From Gammaproteobacteria bacterium (GTDB lineage Bacteria; Pseudomonadota; Gammaproteobacteria; JABCZS01): a stretch of DNA of 64,000 nt. Positions 1-9,757 of this stretch are shown here, piece after piece; the stretch's first letter is position 1, and every line of letters starts with the position of its first letter. Made by a program: the position numbers and the translations under genes. Under the pieces are notes generated by a model. The model was not told the origin of the DNA. It saw only the letters and a program-made list of their open reading frames with translations, and ran no database searches. The stretch covers positions 8,947-72,946 of the forward strand of contig JABDAR010000005.1 in assembly GCA_013289085.1 (NCBI GenBank). Direction: 5' to 3'.

Positions 1-2037
1 TTTTCCAGGGATAAAGAAGCAATCCAATCTCAAGTGAAATCTCATATGTCTGGCCAACAATTGGCCAAAATAGAAGCAGCAGGAATTAATTCTTCCCATA
101 TGACCAAAACCAACCTAGAGAGCACCTATGAATTAGAGCGTGTGATGTTAGTGAATGCCACTTGTATTGAGGCGCATAATAGGAGTGATGCTGCAAAACT
201 CATGGGAAAATACGAAATTTATCAAACGCAAAATCCAATTGATGGTTTTTATAATTTTGTTAATTTTGGTAACCCAGATGCTTGGAATGATGGCTTAGAT
301 GGTGGCAATGCAGGTCGCGAATGTGGTCATATTATCATTCCGACGTTTGTAGCGGATACGTTAGAACAAGTAGCGTTGATGCATCAAACTTATAGTGATG
401 CATTTTATTATTTTGCACGAGGCTTGAGCCCATTCGCAGAATTTTTGGCGAGCGAAAAAGGCGCGACCGCAGAATTATGGGAAAGACATTTTACCGGAAC
501 ACAGTATGAAGCCACTGCATTTATTGAATATTTGAATGCTGCAAGTCACATTTTATATCCCAACCAAGTACCCACAAATCCTGAACGAGAAAAATTGGAA
601 ACATTAAAAGATTATGGCTGGATTTTAGCCGGAAACTATTATATGACCTTAACGAACTTGCGTGATATATTAGTTACAATACCCATCTCAATTAATGCCT
701 ATGATGCGGTGAAATATCCACCAGATTCTGCTTATGATCAATATCCACAAGCTTTACAAAATGCGGAAGATTATTGGGAATTACCCCCAGAAGATCCGCG
801 TTTTGAATATACGTTTTTACAATGGAAAAATTTATATATAGTTCCCGGTTATGGTGATTTAACCGATGAACCTGTGGAGCCAGATGATCAGCCTACATTT
901 ACTTACAAAGACTTACATTTTATCGAACATTCGTTAACGGGAATCGGTAATATGGCTAATTTGGGTACGATTTCAGACACTGGAGACCTAAGCACTGTCA
1001 ATAAGCGTGATCCACTGTTTTACCTTCAAGAATTAACCAATTTTGGTGGTACTCGTGGGGGTGATCCGATAAGACATGCTGCAGAATTTGGTGGCAAATT
1101 AACAGAAATGGCTGTGGCCATGTTACTCATCGGAATGGCTAGTTTTTTAATCATCGCTGGGCTTTCAGCCTTTTCAGGTCCTTGCATGATCACCTCAGCA
1201 GTGTGGCCCACCATGTCCATGCTTCTGATAGGTATAATGGCGCCACTTATCTTTGGTATTGCGGGATTTATGTATGTGCAAGGTGCGCTATTAAGTGTGG
1301 CGCTACCCTTGATACCATTTGTTATCTTTTTTATTGCAGGGATTGGTTGGTTTATTGCCACTATAGAAATGGTAGTGTCAGCGCCACTTGTTGCTGTTGG
1401 GCTGGTATTTCCAGAAACTAATCAAGATATTTGGGGTAAAGCTCAACCTGCATTTATGATGATCTTAAATTTATTTTTGCGTCCGCCGCTTATTATTCTT
1501 GGTTTTGTTGCCGGTATGATTTTAACTTGGGTGGCGATCGAATTATTGAATGCTGTTTTTTATCTGTTTTTAAAAGATGCTGCCAAAATTGAGAATATGT
1601 TGTTTGGTTGGTTGGTGGTGATAATGACTTATGTATATGTACTTATTGCGCTTGTAGAAAGAACGTTTAGTATCACTACAGAATTGCCTAATAAAGTATT
1701 ACTTGTATTAGGTGATAGAAGTCAGGCACAACCCGGCGCAGAAGCTGCATTGACGGGTATGAAACAAGGTGTAGAAAAAGGTTCTGCTGCAGCGGGTGGT
1801 TTTATAACGAGTGGTGGAGGTATTGCTGAAAGAGGTATATCAACAGGGATAAATAAGTCATCTGCTTATGCCGCTGAGAAAAAACAAGAAGATCTCAAGA
1901 AAACAATGGCTGGCGGCGCTCAAAAAGAAGTAGATGAAGAAGGTAAAAATGCTCATAAGAATCCTGACAACCCAGATCAACCGCCTCTAAAACCTCATAT
2001 AAATATAAAAGATGATTATGATCAAAATAATACATAG
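1..2037 (+). CDS. dotA: DotA/TraY-like type IVB secretion integral membrane protein, 5' partial
   Basis: Frame 1 has no stop from nt 1, so the N-terminus lies off-window. A large soluble region is followed by about 6-8 hydrophobic helices (MAVAMLLIGMASFLIIAGL, LPLIPFVIFFIAGIGWFIATIEMVV, RPPLIILGFVAGMILTWVAIELL) and a charged low-complexity tail. The family call is from remembered topology only. Confidence 0.45.
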   Translation, partial: FSRDKEAIQSQVKSHMSGQQLAKIEAAGINSSHMTKTNLESTYELERVMLVNATCIEAHNRSDAAKLMGKYEIYQTQNPIDGFYNFVNFGNPDAWNDGLDGGNAGRECGHIIIPTFVADTLEQVALMHQTYSDAFYYFARGLSPFAEFLASEKGATAELWERHFTGTQYEATAFIEYLNAASHILYPNQVPTNPEREKLETLKDYGWILAGNYYMTLTNLRDILVTIPISINAYDAVKYPPDSAYDQYPQALQNAEDYWELPPEDPRFEYTFLQWKNLYIVPGYGDLTDEPVEPDDQPTFTYKDLHFIEHSLTGIGNMANLGTISDTGDLSTVNKRDPLFYLQELTNFGGTRGGDPIRHAAEFGGKLTEMAVAMLLIGMASFLIIAGLSAFSGPCMITSAVWPTMSMLLIGIMAPLIFGIAGFMYVQGALLSVALPLIPFVIFFIAGIGWFIATIEMVVSAPLVAVGLVFPETNQDIWGKAQPAFMMILNLFLRPPLIILGFVAGMILTWVAIELLNAVFYLFLKDAAKIENMLFGWLVVIMTYVYVLIALVERTFSITTELPNKVLLVLGDRSQAQPGAEAALTGMKQGVEKGSAAAGGFITSGGGIAERGISTGINKSSAYAAEKKQEDLKKTMAGGAQKEVDEEGKNAHKNPDNPDQPPLKPHINIKDDYDQNNT

Positions 2038-2067
2038 AACTAACTAAAGGTTGTTATTCAAACGGCC

Positions 2068-2337
2068 TTGGGGTATATTAAGGAAAGCATCGCACTTTTC
2101 ATGGAGGGCTATATGCAATCACGTTCTAACTCACATCAGTTTGTTCAAGTTATCTTTATTGTTTGTTTAATGGGTATTATTGCTTGGCTTGCAACTTGGC
2201 AAGAAACACCGCCTATGCAATTAAGTGAGCAAGATAATCAATTAGAAGTTCGGCCTTGGTCAGAAGCGCACCTTGTAATGCCTGTTTCTGCACCAGTACA
2301 ATATTACGCGCATTCGGAACATACCCAGGCGATGTAA
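2068..2337 (+). CDS. hypothetical small membrane protein coupled to gspI
   Basis: TTG start and one TM segment (FVQVIFIVCLMGIIAWLA). Its TAA overlaps the gspI ATG (TAATG). It lacks the prepilin G-F-T-L-x-E motif, so it is not a canonical GspH. Confidence 0.3.
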   Translation: MGYIKESIALFMEGYMQSRSNSHQFVQVIFIVCLMGIIAWLATWQETPPMQLSEQDNQLEVRPWSEAHLVMPVSAPVQYYAHSEHTQAM

Positions 2338-2714
2338 TGCAACAAAAAAATTCAGGGATGACTTTAATTGAAGTCTTAGCAGCACTGGCCATTATTGCGA
2401 TTGCTTTAATGGCAGTGTTGCAAACAACCGGAATGAGTACTAAACAATTAACACGTGTGCAAGAAGTAGCCACCGCTCATTGGGTCGCAAAAAATGCTGC
2501 AACGCGTTTGCAATTAGGTTTAGAATCAAACAGTTTAGGACAAGGTGCTTTTCAAGGCGTTGATACCATGTTAGGCCGGCAATATTATTGGACGGCAAAA
2601 ACTCATCCACTTCCGCAAAGCCAAATATTAACCATAGAAGTCACGGTTTCTGCACGTCAAGGCGGCCCGAAATCGAGTGAATTTGTCGCTTATGCCAACA
2701 TGAAACGAGAATAA
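2337..2714 (+). CDS. gspI: type II secretion minor pseudopilin GspI
   Basis: Prepilin leader MQQKNSG followed by MTLIEVLAALAIIAIALMAV with a conserved Glu at +5. About 125 aa. The start was moved to the internal ATG at 2337, downstream of the ORF-track start. Confidence 0.8.
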   Translation: MQQKNSGMTLIEVLAALAIIAIALMAVLQTTGMSTKQLTRVQEVATAHWVAKNAATRLQLGLESNSLGQGAFQGVDTMLGRQYYWTAKTHPLPQSQILTIEVTVSARQGGPKSSEFVAYANMKRE

Positions 2715-2715
2715 T

Positions 2716-3372
2716 ATGTTTAAAAAACAATTAGGCTTTACCTTAATGGAAGTGTTGGTGGCACTATTTATCATGTCGATTATGTCAATTACCGCAGTAT
2801 CTGGATTAAATGCAGTTTTGCGCAGCCAAAGCCAACAAGTCGGAATTGCTCATCAATTACAAGCATTGCAAATGACTTACACTTGGCTAGAGCAAGATCT
2901 CAGTCAATATGTGGGACGTGAAGTAATCAATGTGCACGGTGAACGTTTGCCGGCTTTAATGTTCAACAATGATGCCGATCTTTCAAAAGTGGGCGTAGAA
3001 GGTGATATTTTATTGGTATTAACCCGCGGCGGTATTATGGAGCCCAAAAATTTATCATCATTGCAAAGGGTGGCTTATGCAATCAAAGATCAACAATTAA
3101 TTCGTTATACTTGGCCAGTACTAGATTCTGTGCCTGCAACGATCATACATCCTAATATTATCTTGCACGATATTGCTCTGATAAAATTACGTTATTTAAG
3201 CGAACAAGGAACTTATTATAATAATTGGAATGATTATACGGGTGAAGCGTTATTACCACTTGCGATGGAGTGGCAAATCACCGATGATAAAGGACGCATT
3301 GTCACTTGGCTATTTCCTATCACAGGCGGCGGTATTCTGAATGAAACAACACAACCCACTATTACCCAATAA
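2716..3372 (+). CDS. gspJ: type II secretion minor pseudopilin GspJ
   Basis: MFKKQLG/FTLMEVLVALFIMSIM prepilin N-terminus. Size and its position after gspI fit GspJ. Confidence 0.8.
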   Translation: MFKKQLGFTLMEVLVALFIMSIMSITAVSGLNAVLRSQSQQVGIAHQLQALQMTYTWLEQDLSQYVGREVINVHGERLPALMFNNDADLSKVGVEGDILLVLTRGGIMEPKNLSSLQRVAYAIKDQQLIRYTWPVLDSVPATIIHPNIILHDIALIKLRYLSEQGTYYNNWNDYTGEALLPLAMEWQITDDKGRIVTWLFPITGGGILNETTQPTITQ

Positions 3373-4282
3373 AGGCAGTGCCTTAGTATTAGCAATGATG
3401 ATAGTTGCAATCACTGCTGCAATTGCTTATGCCTTGATTGAAACCAGCACTTTTGCTGTACGCAGAACCACTCTATTACATAATACGGATATGTGTAAAC
3501 AAGCTGTGTATGCAGCAGAACTTTACGCTCAGGAATTATTATATCAGCCCAAAGATAAAGGGCCCATGATTACCGACTCGCAAGAGATATGGGCACTGCC
3601 CTTTGAACTCAATTTGGAACAAGACATTACTATTCTTGGAAAAATAAGCGATCTGCAAGGACAGTTTAATGTCAATTTATTACGACAATCAGGTCGGCCC
3701 GATATTTATTCACCCGAGTTGGTATTTTCACGTTTATTAATGTTACTTAATATTGCAGATGCCCAGTCTTTACAACAATCGTTGAGTGAATGGGTGGGTG
3801 ATGCAAGCAGTGAATCTGATCAAATTTATTTGGAGCGCACACCCGCTTATCGACCTGCACATTCACCTTTAGTCAGTATCAGTGAATTAGCTTTAGTACA
3901 AGGATTTATTATCCAAAAAACCACCGTCTTAAATCCTTTTGTGAGTGCTTTATCAGAAGGCGCCAATATCAATGTGAATACCGCATCTTCTCAAGTGTTG
4001 GGTGCATTATTAAATACATCCGATAGCGCGGCACGCAGTTTGGTGGATGAACGCATCGCTTATCCATTTAATACCAATGATGAATTTATGCAGCGCGCCA
4101 CTTCCAAAGGCATTGCTATTTCCGATCAAGGCGCACTTAATCAAATGATCAATGTTAACAGCAATTATTTTTTATTAAAGACAACAGCTTCATGCCAAAA
4201 AACAAGCTTAATCAGCTATAGTTTTATTGAACGCAACGCTGAAGGCATTGCCAAAGTTTATCGAAGAACGCAAGCATTATAA
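3341..4282 (+). CDS. gspK: type II secretion minor pseudopilin GspK
   Basis: N-terminal KGSALVLAMMIVAITAAIAYA (pseudopilin-like, no Glu+5, as is typical of GspK). About 310 aa, in the I-J-K order. Confidence 0.75.
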   Translation: MKQHNPLLPNKGSALVLAMMIVAITAAIAYALIETSTFAVRRTTLLHNTDMCKQAVYAAELYAQELLYQPKDKGPMITDSQEIWALPFELNLEQDITILGKISDLQGQFNVNLLRQSGRPDIYSPELVFSRLLMLLNIADAQSLQQSLSEWVGDASSESDQIYLERTPAYRPAHSPLVSISELALVQGFIIQKTTVLNPFVSALSEGANINVNTASSQVLGALLNTSDSAARSLVDERIAYPFNTNDEFMQRATSKGIAISDQGALNQMINVNSNYFLLKTTASCQKTSLISYSFIERNAEGIAKVYRRTQAL

Positions 4283-4292
4283 GTGAGTATTT

Positions 4293-5507
4293 ATGGACAA
4301 GTATATTTTAGTATACCCTTTAAGTGATGATTGGAAAATCGTTGCTTGGTGCGCTGTTGCACCTGATGAATCTTTGCAAGTAAAACAAGGTACTTTAGAG
4401 ACGCTTGCGAAAGTCGCGCCGCAAATGCCCATAGTTGCAATATTGCCGGGCACTTGGCTGAATATGTTTTCCATTGACTTACCTAAAGGCCGTGCGGCAC
4501 AAGTTAAAAAAGCACTACCGTTTTTATTAGAAGAACAATTAGCAGAAGATTTAGATAATGTACACATTGTATTGCCGGAAGTTTATCAATTGGGTAAACC
4601 TACACCTGTAGCCGTCATCAGTAAAGCGCGCATGCAAACCCTATGTGATATTTTTAAAAATCATCAGCTGAATTTACAGCAAGCAGTGCCGGATTGGGTA
4701 TGTTTACCTTTATTTGATAACACGTGGACCTTGCATTTAGGACAAACTGATGCGCAGGTGCGACAAAAAGCGGATTTAGGATTTTCTGTACAAAAAAACT
4801 TATTATTGCCAATGTTAAATTTAGCCTTATCACAAGCAGAACATAAACCTCAAAGTTTAAATGTGTATCATTTAGCACTAGAAGCTGCCGATATGGAAGA
4901 ACAATTAACTAAACTCAACATTCCCTTAGCCTATGAAGCTGTCGCAGATGAGTCATTATTATTGTGGGCACAGCATTTCACCTTGCCTGCTGCATTAAAT
5001 TTATTGCAAGGTGAATTTTTTGTTAAACCTAAAGTCAGTGAAATTAACCGTGTATGGCGCAAGGCGGCTGTGGTTGCAGCTGCAGTAGTGGTTGTGCAAT
5101 TATTACATTCTTCCATTGAATATCAACAACTCAAAAAACAATATGATGTAGTGCATGGGCAAGTGCTGGAATTATATACTTCTGTTTTTCCAGGGCAAAC
5201 ACAAACCAATAATGCGCGTGCACAATTAGAACCCTTATTAACCAAAAGCGGTGGGGGTGCGAATAATCCTCTATTTAATTATTTACAAGAAGTGAGTGAG
5301 CCTTTATTGAATACACCTAATGTGCATTTGCAGCAAATTGCTTTACATGAAAAATCGATGACACTCGAAGTGGTTGTGGACGATTTTGCAGCTTTAGGAC
5401 AATTAGAATCAGCTTTATCTGCAAAGGGTTTGGCAGTCAAGCAAGAGTCTGCAAGCTTAGAAAAAGATCATGTTATTGCAAAATTACAAGTGACAGAAGG
5501 TAAATAA
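4293..5507 (+). CDS. gspL: type II secretion inner-membrane platform protein GspL
   Basis: 404 aa with a single central TM (AAVVAAAVVVVQLL). Its position between gspK and gspM fits GspL. Confidence 0.7.
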   Translation: MDKYILVYPLSDDWKIVAWCAVAPDESLQVKQGTLETLAKVAPQMPIVAILPGTWLNMFSIDLPKGRAAQVKKALPFLLEEQLAEDLDNVHIVLPEVYQLGKPTPVAVISKARMQTLCDIFKNHQLNLQQAVPDWVCLPLFDNTWTLHLGQTDAQVRQKADLGFSVQKNLLLPMLNLALSQAEHKPQSLNVYHLALEAADMEEQLTKLNIPLAYEAVADESLLLWAQHFTLPAALNLLQGEFFVKPKVSEINRVWRKAAVVAAAVVVVQLLHSSIEYQQLKKQYDVVHGQVLELYTSVFPGQTQTNNARAQLEPLLTKSGGGANNPLFNYLQEVSEPLLNTPNVHLQQIALHEKSMTLEVVVDDFAALGQLESALSAKGLAVKQESASLEKDHVIAKLQVTEGK

Positions 5508-5992
5508 TGAAAGAAAAATTATTAAATTATTGGCACAATTTACAGCCTAGAGAACAGAAAATATTATTAGCGGGTGGTGTTTTTTTAGGATTATTTTTTT
5601 TATATTTATTGATTGATGCGGGTGCTGGGCGTAGTTTAATGATGTCACAGCAACTTGATAAAGAAGAGAAATTATTAAGTTGGATGAAACCAGTCGTTGC
5701 CCAAATTACAATGACGCGCAATCAAGATATGGGAGAAGCCGTGACTGCGCAAAATATTTTGCCGCAAGTAGAGTTTTCTTTAGAAGAAGCCGGTTTGTCA
5801 GGACAAATTACCGCGCTGGATTTAGTATCGGGAAATCAAGTGCGGATTTCATTTGATGGTGTAGTCTACGAAGCCTTGGTTAAATGGCTTTATGCTTTTT
5901 CAAGACGTGGCGTAGTGGTGCATGAATTTATGGCCACCAAAACTGATGAAGAAGGTGTAGTAGAAGCCAGCATACTTTTGGGTGCTAAATAA
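5507..5992 (+). CDS. gspM: type II secretion protein GspM
   Basis: 161 aa with an N-terminal TM (ILLAGGVFLGLFFLYLLI). ATGA overlap with gspL. Confidence 0.7.
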   Translation: MKEKLLNYWHNLQPREQKILLAGGVFLGLFFLYLLIDAGAGRSLMMSQQLDKEEKLLSWMKPVVAQITMTRNQDMGEAVTAQNILPQVEFSLEEAGLSGQITALDLVSGNQVRISFDGVVYEALVKWLYAFSRRGVVVHEFMATKTDEEGVVEASILLGAK

Positions 5993-5997
5993 TTCTT

Positions 5998-6375
5998 TTA
6001 ATACAACGGCCCTTCTTCATTCATAGGCAAATTGGGCGCTAACTCAAAAAGTTCTAGAGCCATTAATGCCGACGAATTACCTTGCTGAGCGGACTCTTGA
6101 ATCCAGAAATAAGCTTGCATTCTATCTTTGGGCACACCTAAGCCTTCATAAAGCGCATAACCCAAAGCATATTGCGCATCTGGATCACCTTTTTGTGCCA
6201 AGGGTAATAAAAGCTCAACTGCCGTGTGATAATCCCCTTCTGAGAAAGCAATTTCAGCTCTTGTGAATTCCATTGATTTATCGGCAAAAGGATCTTCATC
6301 TTCCTTTTCATCCTGACAAGCAGTCAAAGCGCTCAGCATGAAAATCATTAGAAAAATACGTTTAACATAATTCAT
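5998..6375 (-). CDS. Sel1-repeat (SLR/TPR-like) lipoprotein
   Basis: Signal peptide with lipobox (MLSALTAC). Two Sel1-type repeats (GDPDAQYALGYALYEGLGVPKDRMQAYFWIQESAQQGNSSA). Confidence 0.7.
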   Translation of the reverse strand: MNYVKRIFLMIFMLSALTACQDEKEDEDPFADKSMEFTRAEIAFSEGDYHTAVELLLPLAQKGDPDAQYALGYALYEGLGVPKDRMQAYFWIQESAQQGNSSALMALELFELAPNLPMNEEGPLY

Positions 6376-6414
6376 ACACTTGTCCTTGGGTCAATAACAG
6401 AGTTATTATACCTC

Positions 6415-6954
6415 ATGTCAAAAAAACCTGAAATATTAAATATTACTAAACTCGCACAAACTAAAGTTTTTACTGTGGAAGGCCTGCATTTGCGTTTTAG
6501 CAATGGGCAAGAGCGTGATTTTGAACGTTTGCAATTACATAGTGGCGCAGTATTAGTGATTCCTGTACCAGAACCCGGTGTTGTTTGGCTGGCTCGCGAA
6601 TATGCCGCAGGTGTAGATCATTATGAACTTGGCTTTCCCAAAGGTTTGATTGATAAAGACGAAGACATGCTGAGTGCTGCAAATCGTGAATTACAAGAAG
6701 AGTTAGGTTATGGCGCTAAACAACTCACATTTTTAAAAACAGTCACCTTGGCCCCAGGATATATGGGCCATTTAACGCATATTATTTTAGCGCAAGATTT
6801 ATACCCTTCGCGCTTACCTGGCGATGAACCTGAACCGATTGAAATTGTCCCCTGGCGTTTAAATGAAATTAATTCATTACTCGTGCGCGATGATTTTACT
6901 GATGCACGCAGTATTGCCGCAATGTTATTAATGGAGCGAAACCAAAATGAATGA
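6415..6954 (+). CDS. NUDIX hydrolase (ADP-sugar pyrophosphatase-like)
   Basis: Nudix box GFPKGLIDKDEDMLSAANRELQEELGY (Gx5Ex7REUxEExGU). Confidence 0.8.
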   Translation: MSKKPEILNITKLAQTKVFTVEGLHLRFSNGQERDFERLQLHSGAVLVIPVPEPGVVWLAREYAAGVDHYELGFPKGLIDKDEDMLSAANRELQEELGYGAKQLTFLKTVTLAPGYMGHLTHIILAQDLYPSRLPGDEPEPIEIVPWRLNEINSLLVRDDFTDARSIAAMLLMERNQNE

Positions 6955-8131
6955 ACGTGAATTACAATTTGCAACTTTAGCTATTCATGCAGCAGAGCGA
7001 CCCAATGAGCATCAAGCTTTAGAACCACCTTTATATTTATCATCGACTTTTACTTTCAATGATGTTGAACAAGCGGATGATACATTTACCTTTCGTCGCA
7101 AAGCGTATGTCTATACGCGTGGCGGCAATCCTACCATTAATTTGTTGGAACAGCGTTTAGCTGCTTTAGAAGGTGGCGCGGATGCAGTTGCTTTTGCTTC
7201 GGGGATGGCAGCGATTTCTACTACTTTAATGTCATTGGCTAAAACCGGTGATGAAATTATTGCGCATCGCAATTTATATGGTTCTACTTTTAGTTTAACA
7301 GAACAATTGTTACCTAAATATGGGATTAAAACTTTATTTATTGATATGAATGATCCTAAACAATTATTGAACGCGATTAATAGCAAAACTAAAGTTATTT
7401 TTTTTGAAACACCTACAAATCCTTCATTGGAAATTATTGATATCGCACATGTCGTTCAAGTAGCGAAACAGCACGCTATTAAAGTAGTGGTCGATAATAC
7501 GTTTGCAACACCGTATTTGCAAAATCCATTGGCACTCGGTGCAGATATTGTAATTCACAGTGCCACTAAATATTTATGCGGACATGGAGATGCCATGGGC
7601 GGCTTAGTGACGTCCAAAGATTTAGATTATTTGCATGAATTAAAATTTTCGTATTTATGTGAATTGGGCAGTGTAATGAGCCCATTTAATGCATGGTTAA
7701 TTTTAAGGGGATTGAAAACTTTGGCTTTGCGCATGCAACAACATTGTGCAAATGCAAAGGCCATAGCCGAATATTTAATAAACCATCCGAAAATAGCACG
7801 TGTTTATTATCCAGGATTGACCTCACATCCGCAATATGAGATCGCAAAAACTCAAATGCGTGGTTTAGGCGGCGTGGTGAGTTTTGAACTCACCGATGAT
7901 TTGGAAGCTGCAAAAACTTTTATGGAAAATTTACAATTGGCTGAAATTGCCGTAAGTCTTGGTGATGCTGCAACACTAGTACAATGCCCAGCATTGATGA
8001 CACATCGCGGTTATCCTAAAGAAGCACTCAGTGCTTTTGGATTTTCTGAAAAAACCATACGCATCGCTGCAGGCATTGAAGACACGCAAGATTTACTACA
8101 AGATATTGAACGCGCGCTTAATCTGATATGA
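6947..8131 (+). CDS. Cys/Met-metabolism PLP-dependent enzyme (methionine gamma-lyase / cystathionine gamma-lyase/synthase family)
   Basis: Family-typical YTRGGNPT and the PLP-lysine region HSATKYLCGHGD. 394 aa. The exact reaction cannot be resolved by eye. Confidence 0.75.
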   Translation: MNERELQFATLAIHAAERPNEHQALEPPLYLSSTFTFNDVEQADDTFTFRRKAYVYTRGGNPTINLLEQRLAALEGGADAVAFASGMAAISTTLMSLAKTGDEIIAHRNLYGSTFSLTEQLLPKYGIKTLFIDMNDPKQLLNAINSKTKVIFFETPTNPSLEIIDIAHVVQVAKQHAIKVVVDNTFATPYLQNPLALGADIVIHSATKYLCGHGDAMGGLVTSKDLDYLHELKFSYLCELGSVMSPFNAWLILRGLKTLALRMQQHCANAKAIAEYLINHPKIARVYYPGLTSHPQYEIAKTQMRGLGGVVSFELTDDLEAAKTFMENLQLAEIAVSLGDAATLVQCPALMTHRGYPKEALSAFGFSEKTIRIAAGIEDTQDLLQDIERALNLI

Positions 8132-8141
8132 GGAAATAAAA

Positions 8142-8837
8142 ATGATAGGCATTATTGCTGCGATGCAAGAAGAGACTGATTACTTAATCGAGCACATGAC
8201 AGAAGTGGAAAAGATTACCATCGGCTCCCTTATTTTTTTTAAAGGAAAAATTAAACACGTTCATGTGGTATTACTAAAATGTGGCATTGGTAAAGTGAAT
8301 GCGGCTATGGGTGCGGCTTTATTGATTGAGCGTTTTAAACCTTCCCATATTATTAATACAGGTTCTGCGGGTGGCTTGGATTCAACTGCGAAAATAGGTG
8401 ATGTGGTTATTTCTACAGAAGTCAGACATCATGATGTGGATTTAACAGCGTTAGGCTGTGAGTATGGTCAACTTTTATTTTTACCTGCAGGATTTGATCC
8501 GTGTTTATTATTGATTGCAGCCGCCACTCGCGCAGCAGAAAAAATGCATATCAGCGTTAAACAAGGTTTGATAGTTTCAGGCGATAGTTTTATTCATCAA
8601 GACGCTGATATTAAAAAAATTAAACAAAACTTTCCGGATGTCCACGCCGTGGAAATGGAAGGCGCTGCGATTGCGCAAGTGTGTCATCAATTCAAAATCC
8701 CTTTTGTGATTATCCGCGCTTTATCGGATATTGCCGGCAAAGAATCCCCGCTCTCTTTTGAACAATTCCTAAAACAAGCCGGTCAAAACTCAGCACAATT
8801 AGTTTTATACACATTAGAAAATATGGAAGCTGGATAG
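8142..8837 (+). CDS. mtnN: 5'-methylthioadenosine/S-adenosylhomocysteine nucleosidase
   Basis: MIGIIAAMQEE start, GIGKVNAA, SAGG, VEMEGAAIAQV and RALSD motifs. 231 aa. Confidence 0.9.
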   Translation: MIGIIAAMQEETDYLIEHMTEVEKITIGSLIFFKGKIKHVHVVLLKCGIGKVNAAMGAALLIERFKPSHIINTGSAGGLDSTAKIGDVVISTEVRHHDVDLTALGCEYGQLLFLPAGFDPCLLLIAAATRAAEKMHISVKQGLIVSGDSFIHQDADIKKIKQNFPDVHAVEMEGAAIAQVCHQFKIPFVIIRALSDIAGKESPLSFEQFLKQAGQNSAQLVLYTLENMEAG

Positions 8838-8869
8838 CTTTTCTGGCGAAAATATGTAATAATGCGTTA

Positions 8870-9757
8870 ATGGCAACACTAACTGCAGAACAACAATTAT
8901 CTGTTAAACATCAAATGAGCTATCTTAAAGCGCTTGTTGATCTCCTGCTTTTTTTAGCATTTTTGGCATTATGTGTATATTTGTTTTTGCGGGGCTTAAT
9001 TCCAAAAGGCTTTGGTGGCGCAGGGGCTTTTACTTGGAGCTGTACTTTATTATTAACTGTTGCATGTTTTCTGGGTGTGAGTGCACTGTTTCCATGGGCA
9101 TTACCCATGGTTGCCTCTGTGATTGGCCTAATGGTCTTGATCTCACATTTTTGGAAAACCAAGCCTGAAGATAGAGGCGTTTTATATGAATTACGTCGTT
9201 TTTTACTTAAAGTGTGCGGTCCTGCTGGAGCGACTTATTTTGGGTTAACTTGGCTCGCTTTAGTGACAACTACGCTTTCTTTAGACAAAATAATCGCTTT
9301 ATCACTCATATGTTTTGCGGTAATGCCACCGGTTGCATTTTTATTTATCATTTCTGGAATAGTTGCCATATGTGCAGCTTATGCCGTTTATGGAGACGAT
9401 AAAAAACCCGGGAATTGGCACGGTTTCATTTCGAGCGTATTAGGTTCAGGTGGTGCGACACATTGGTTTTTATCATTTTTAATATTTACGGGTGTGACAA
9501 TTGCCAATCCCTTAATAATAATTATTCCTGCTGTTGTGATGATTTGCGCGACTGTTGTTTGGTATTTCGAAAAGTCTTTAAAAGAAGCAAAGGAATTAAG
9601 TAATAACAACACGCTTACGAAACCAAATTTGACTTCTTTTGTTTTGCCAGGAACAAACCAAGTTCGAACAAAAGACATAACGGAACAGCCAGAAGTGTCT
9701 GCGAAATCACATCCGGAGGCGTCAACAACATTCCAACAACAAACGCTCCAATTATAA
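8870..9757 (+). CDS. hypothetical polytopic membrane protein (orphan)
   Basis: 295 aa with about 7 hydrophobic segments and no family motif I recognise. The last ~47 codons run antisense through the 3' end of tatC. Confidence 0.5.
   Translation: MATLTAEQQLSVKHQMSYLKALVDLLLFLAFLALCVYLFLRGLIPKGFGGAGAFTWSCTLLLTVACFLGVSALFPWALPMVASVIGLMVLISHFWKTKPEDRGVLYELRRFLLKVCGPAGATYFGLTWLALVTTTLSLDKIIALSLICFAVMPPVAFLFIISGIVAICAAYAVYGDDKKPGNWHGFISSVLGSGGATHWFLSFLIFTGVTIANPLIIIIPAVVMICATVVWYFEKSLKEAKELSNNNTLTKPNLTSFVLPGTNQVRTKDITEQPEVSAKSHPEASTTFQQQTLQL

Noticed and set aside
1026-1421. ORFs 1026-1361 (minus) and 1182-1421 (plus) inside the DotA-like gene
   Set aside because: They are shadow frames of the hydrophobic TM-coding region of a long, coherent ORF. 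They have no RBS and no motifs of their own.
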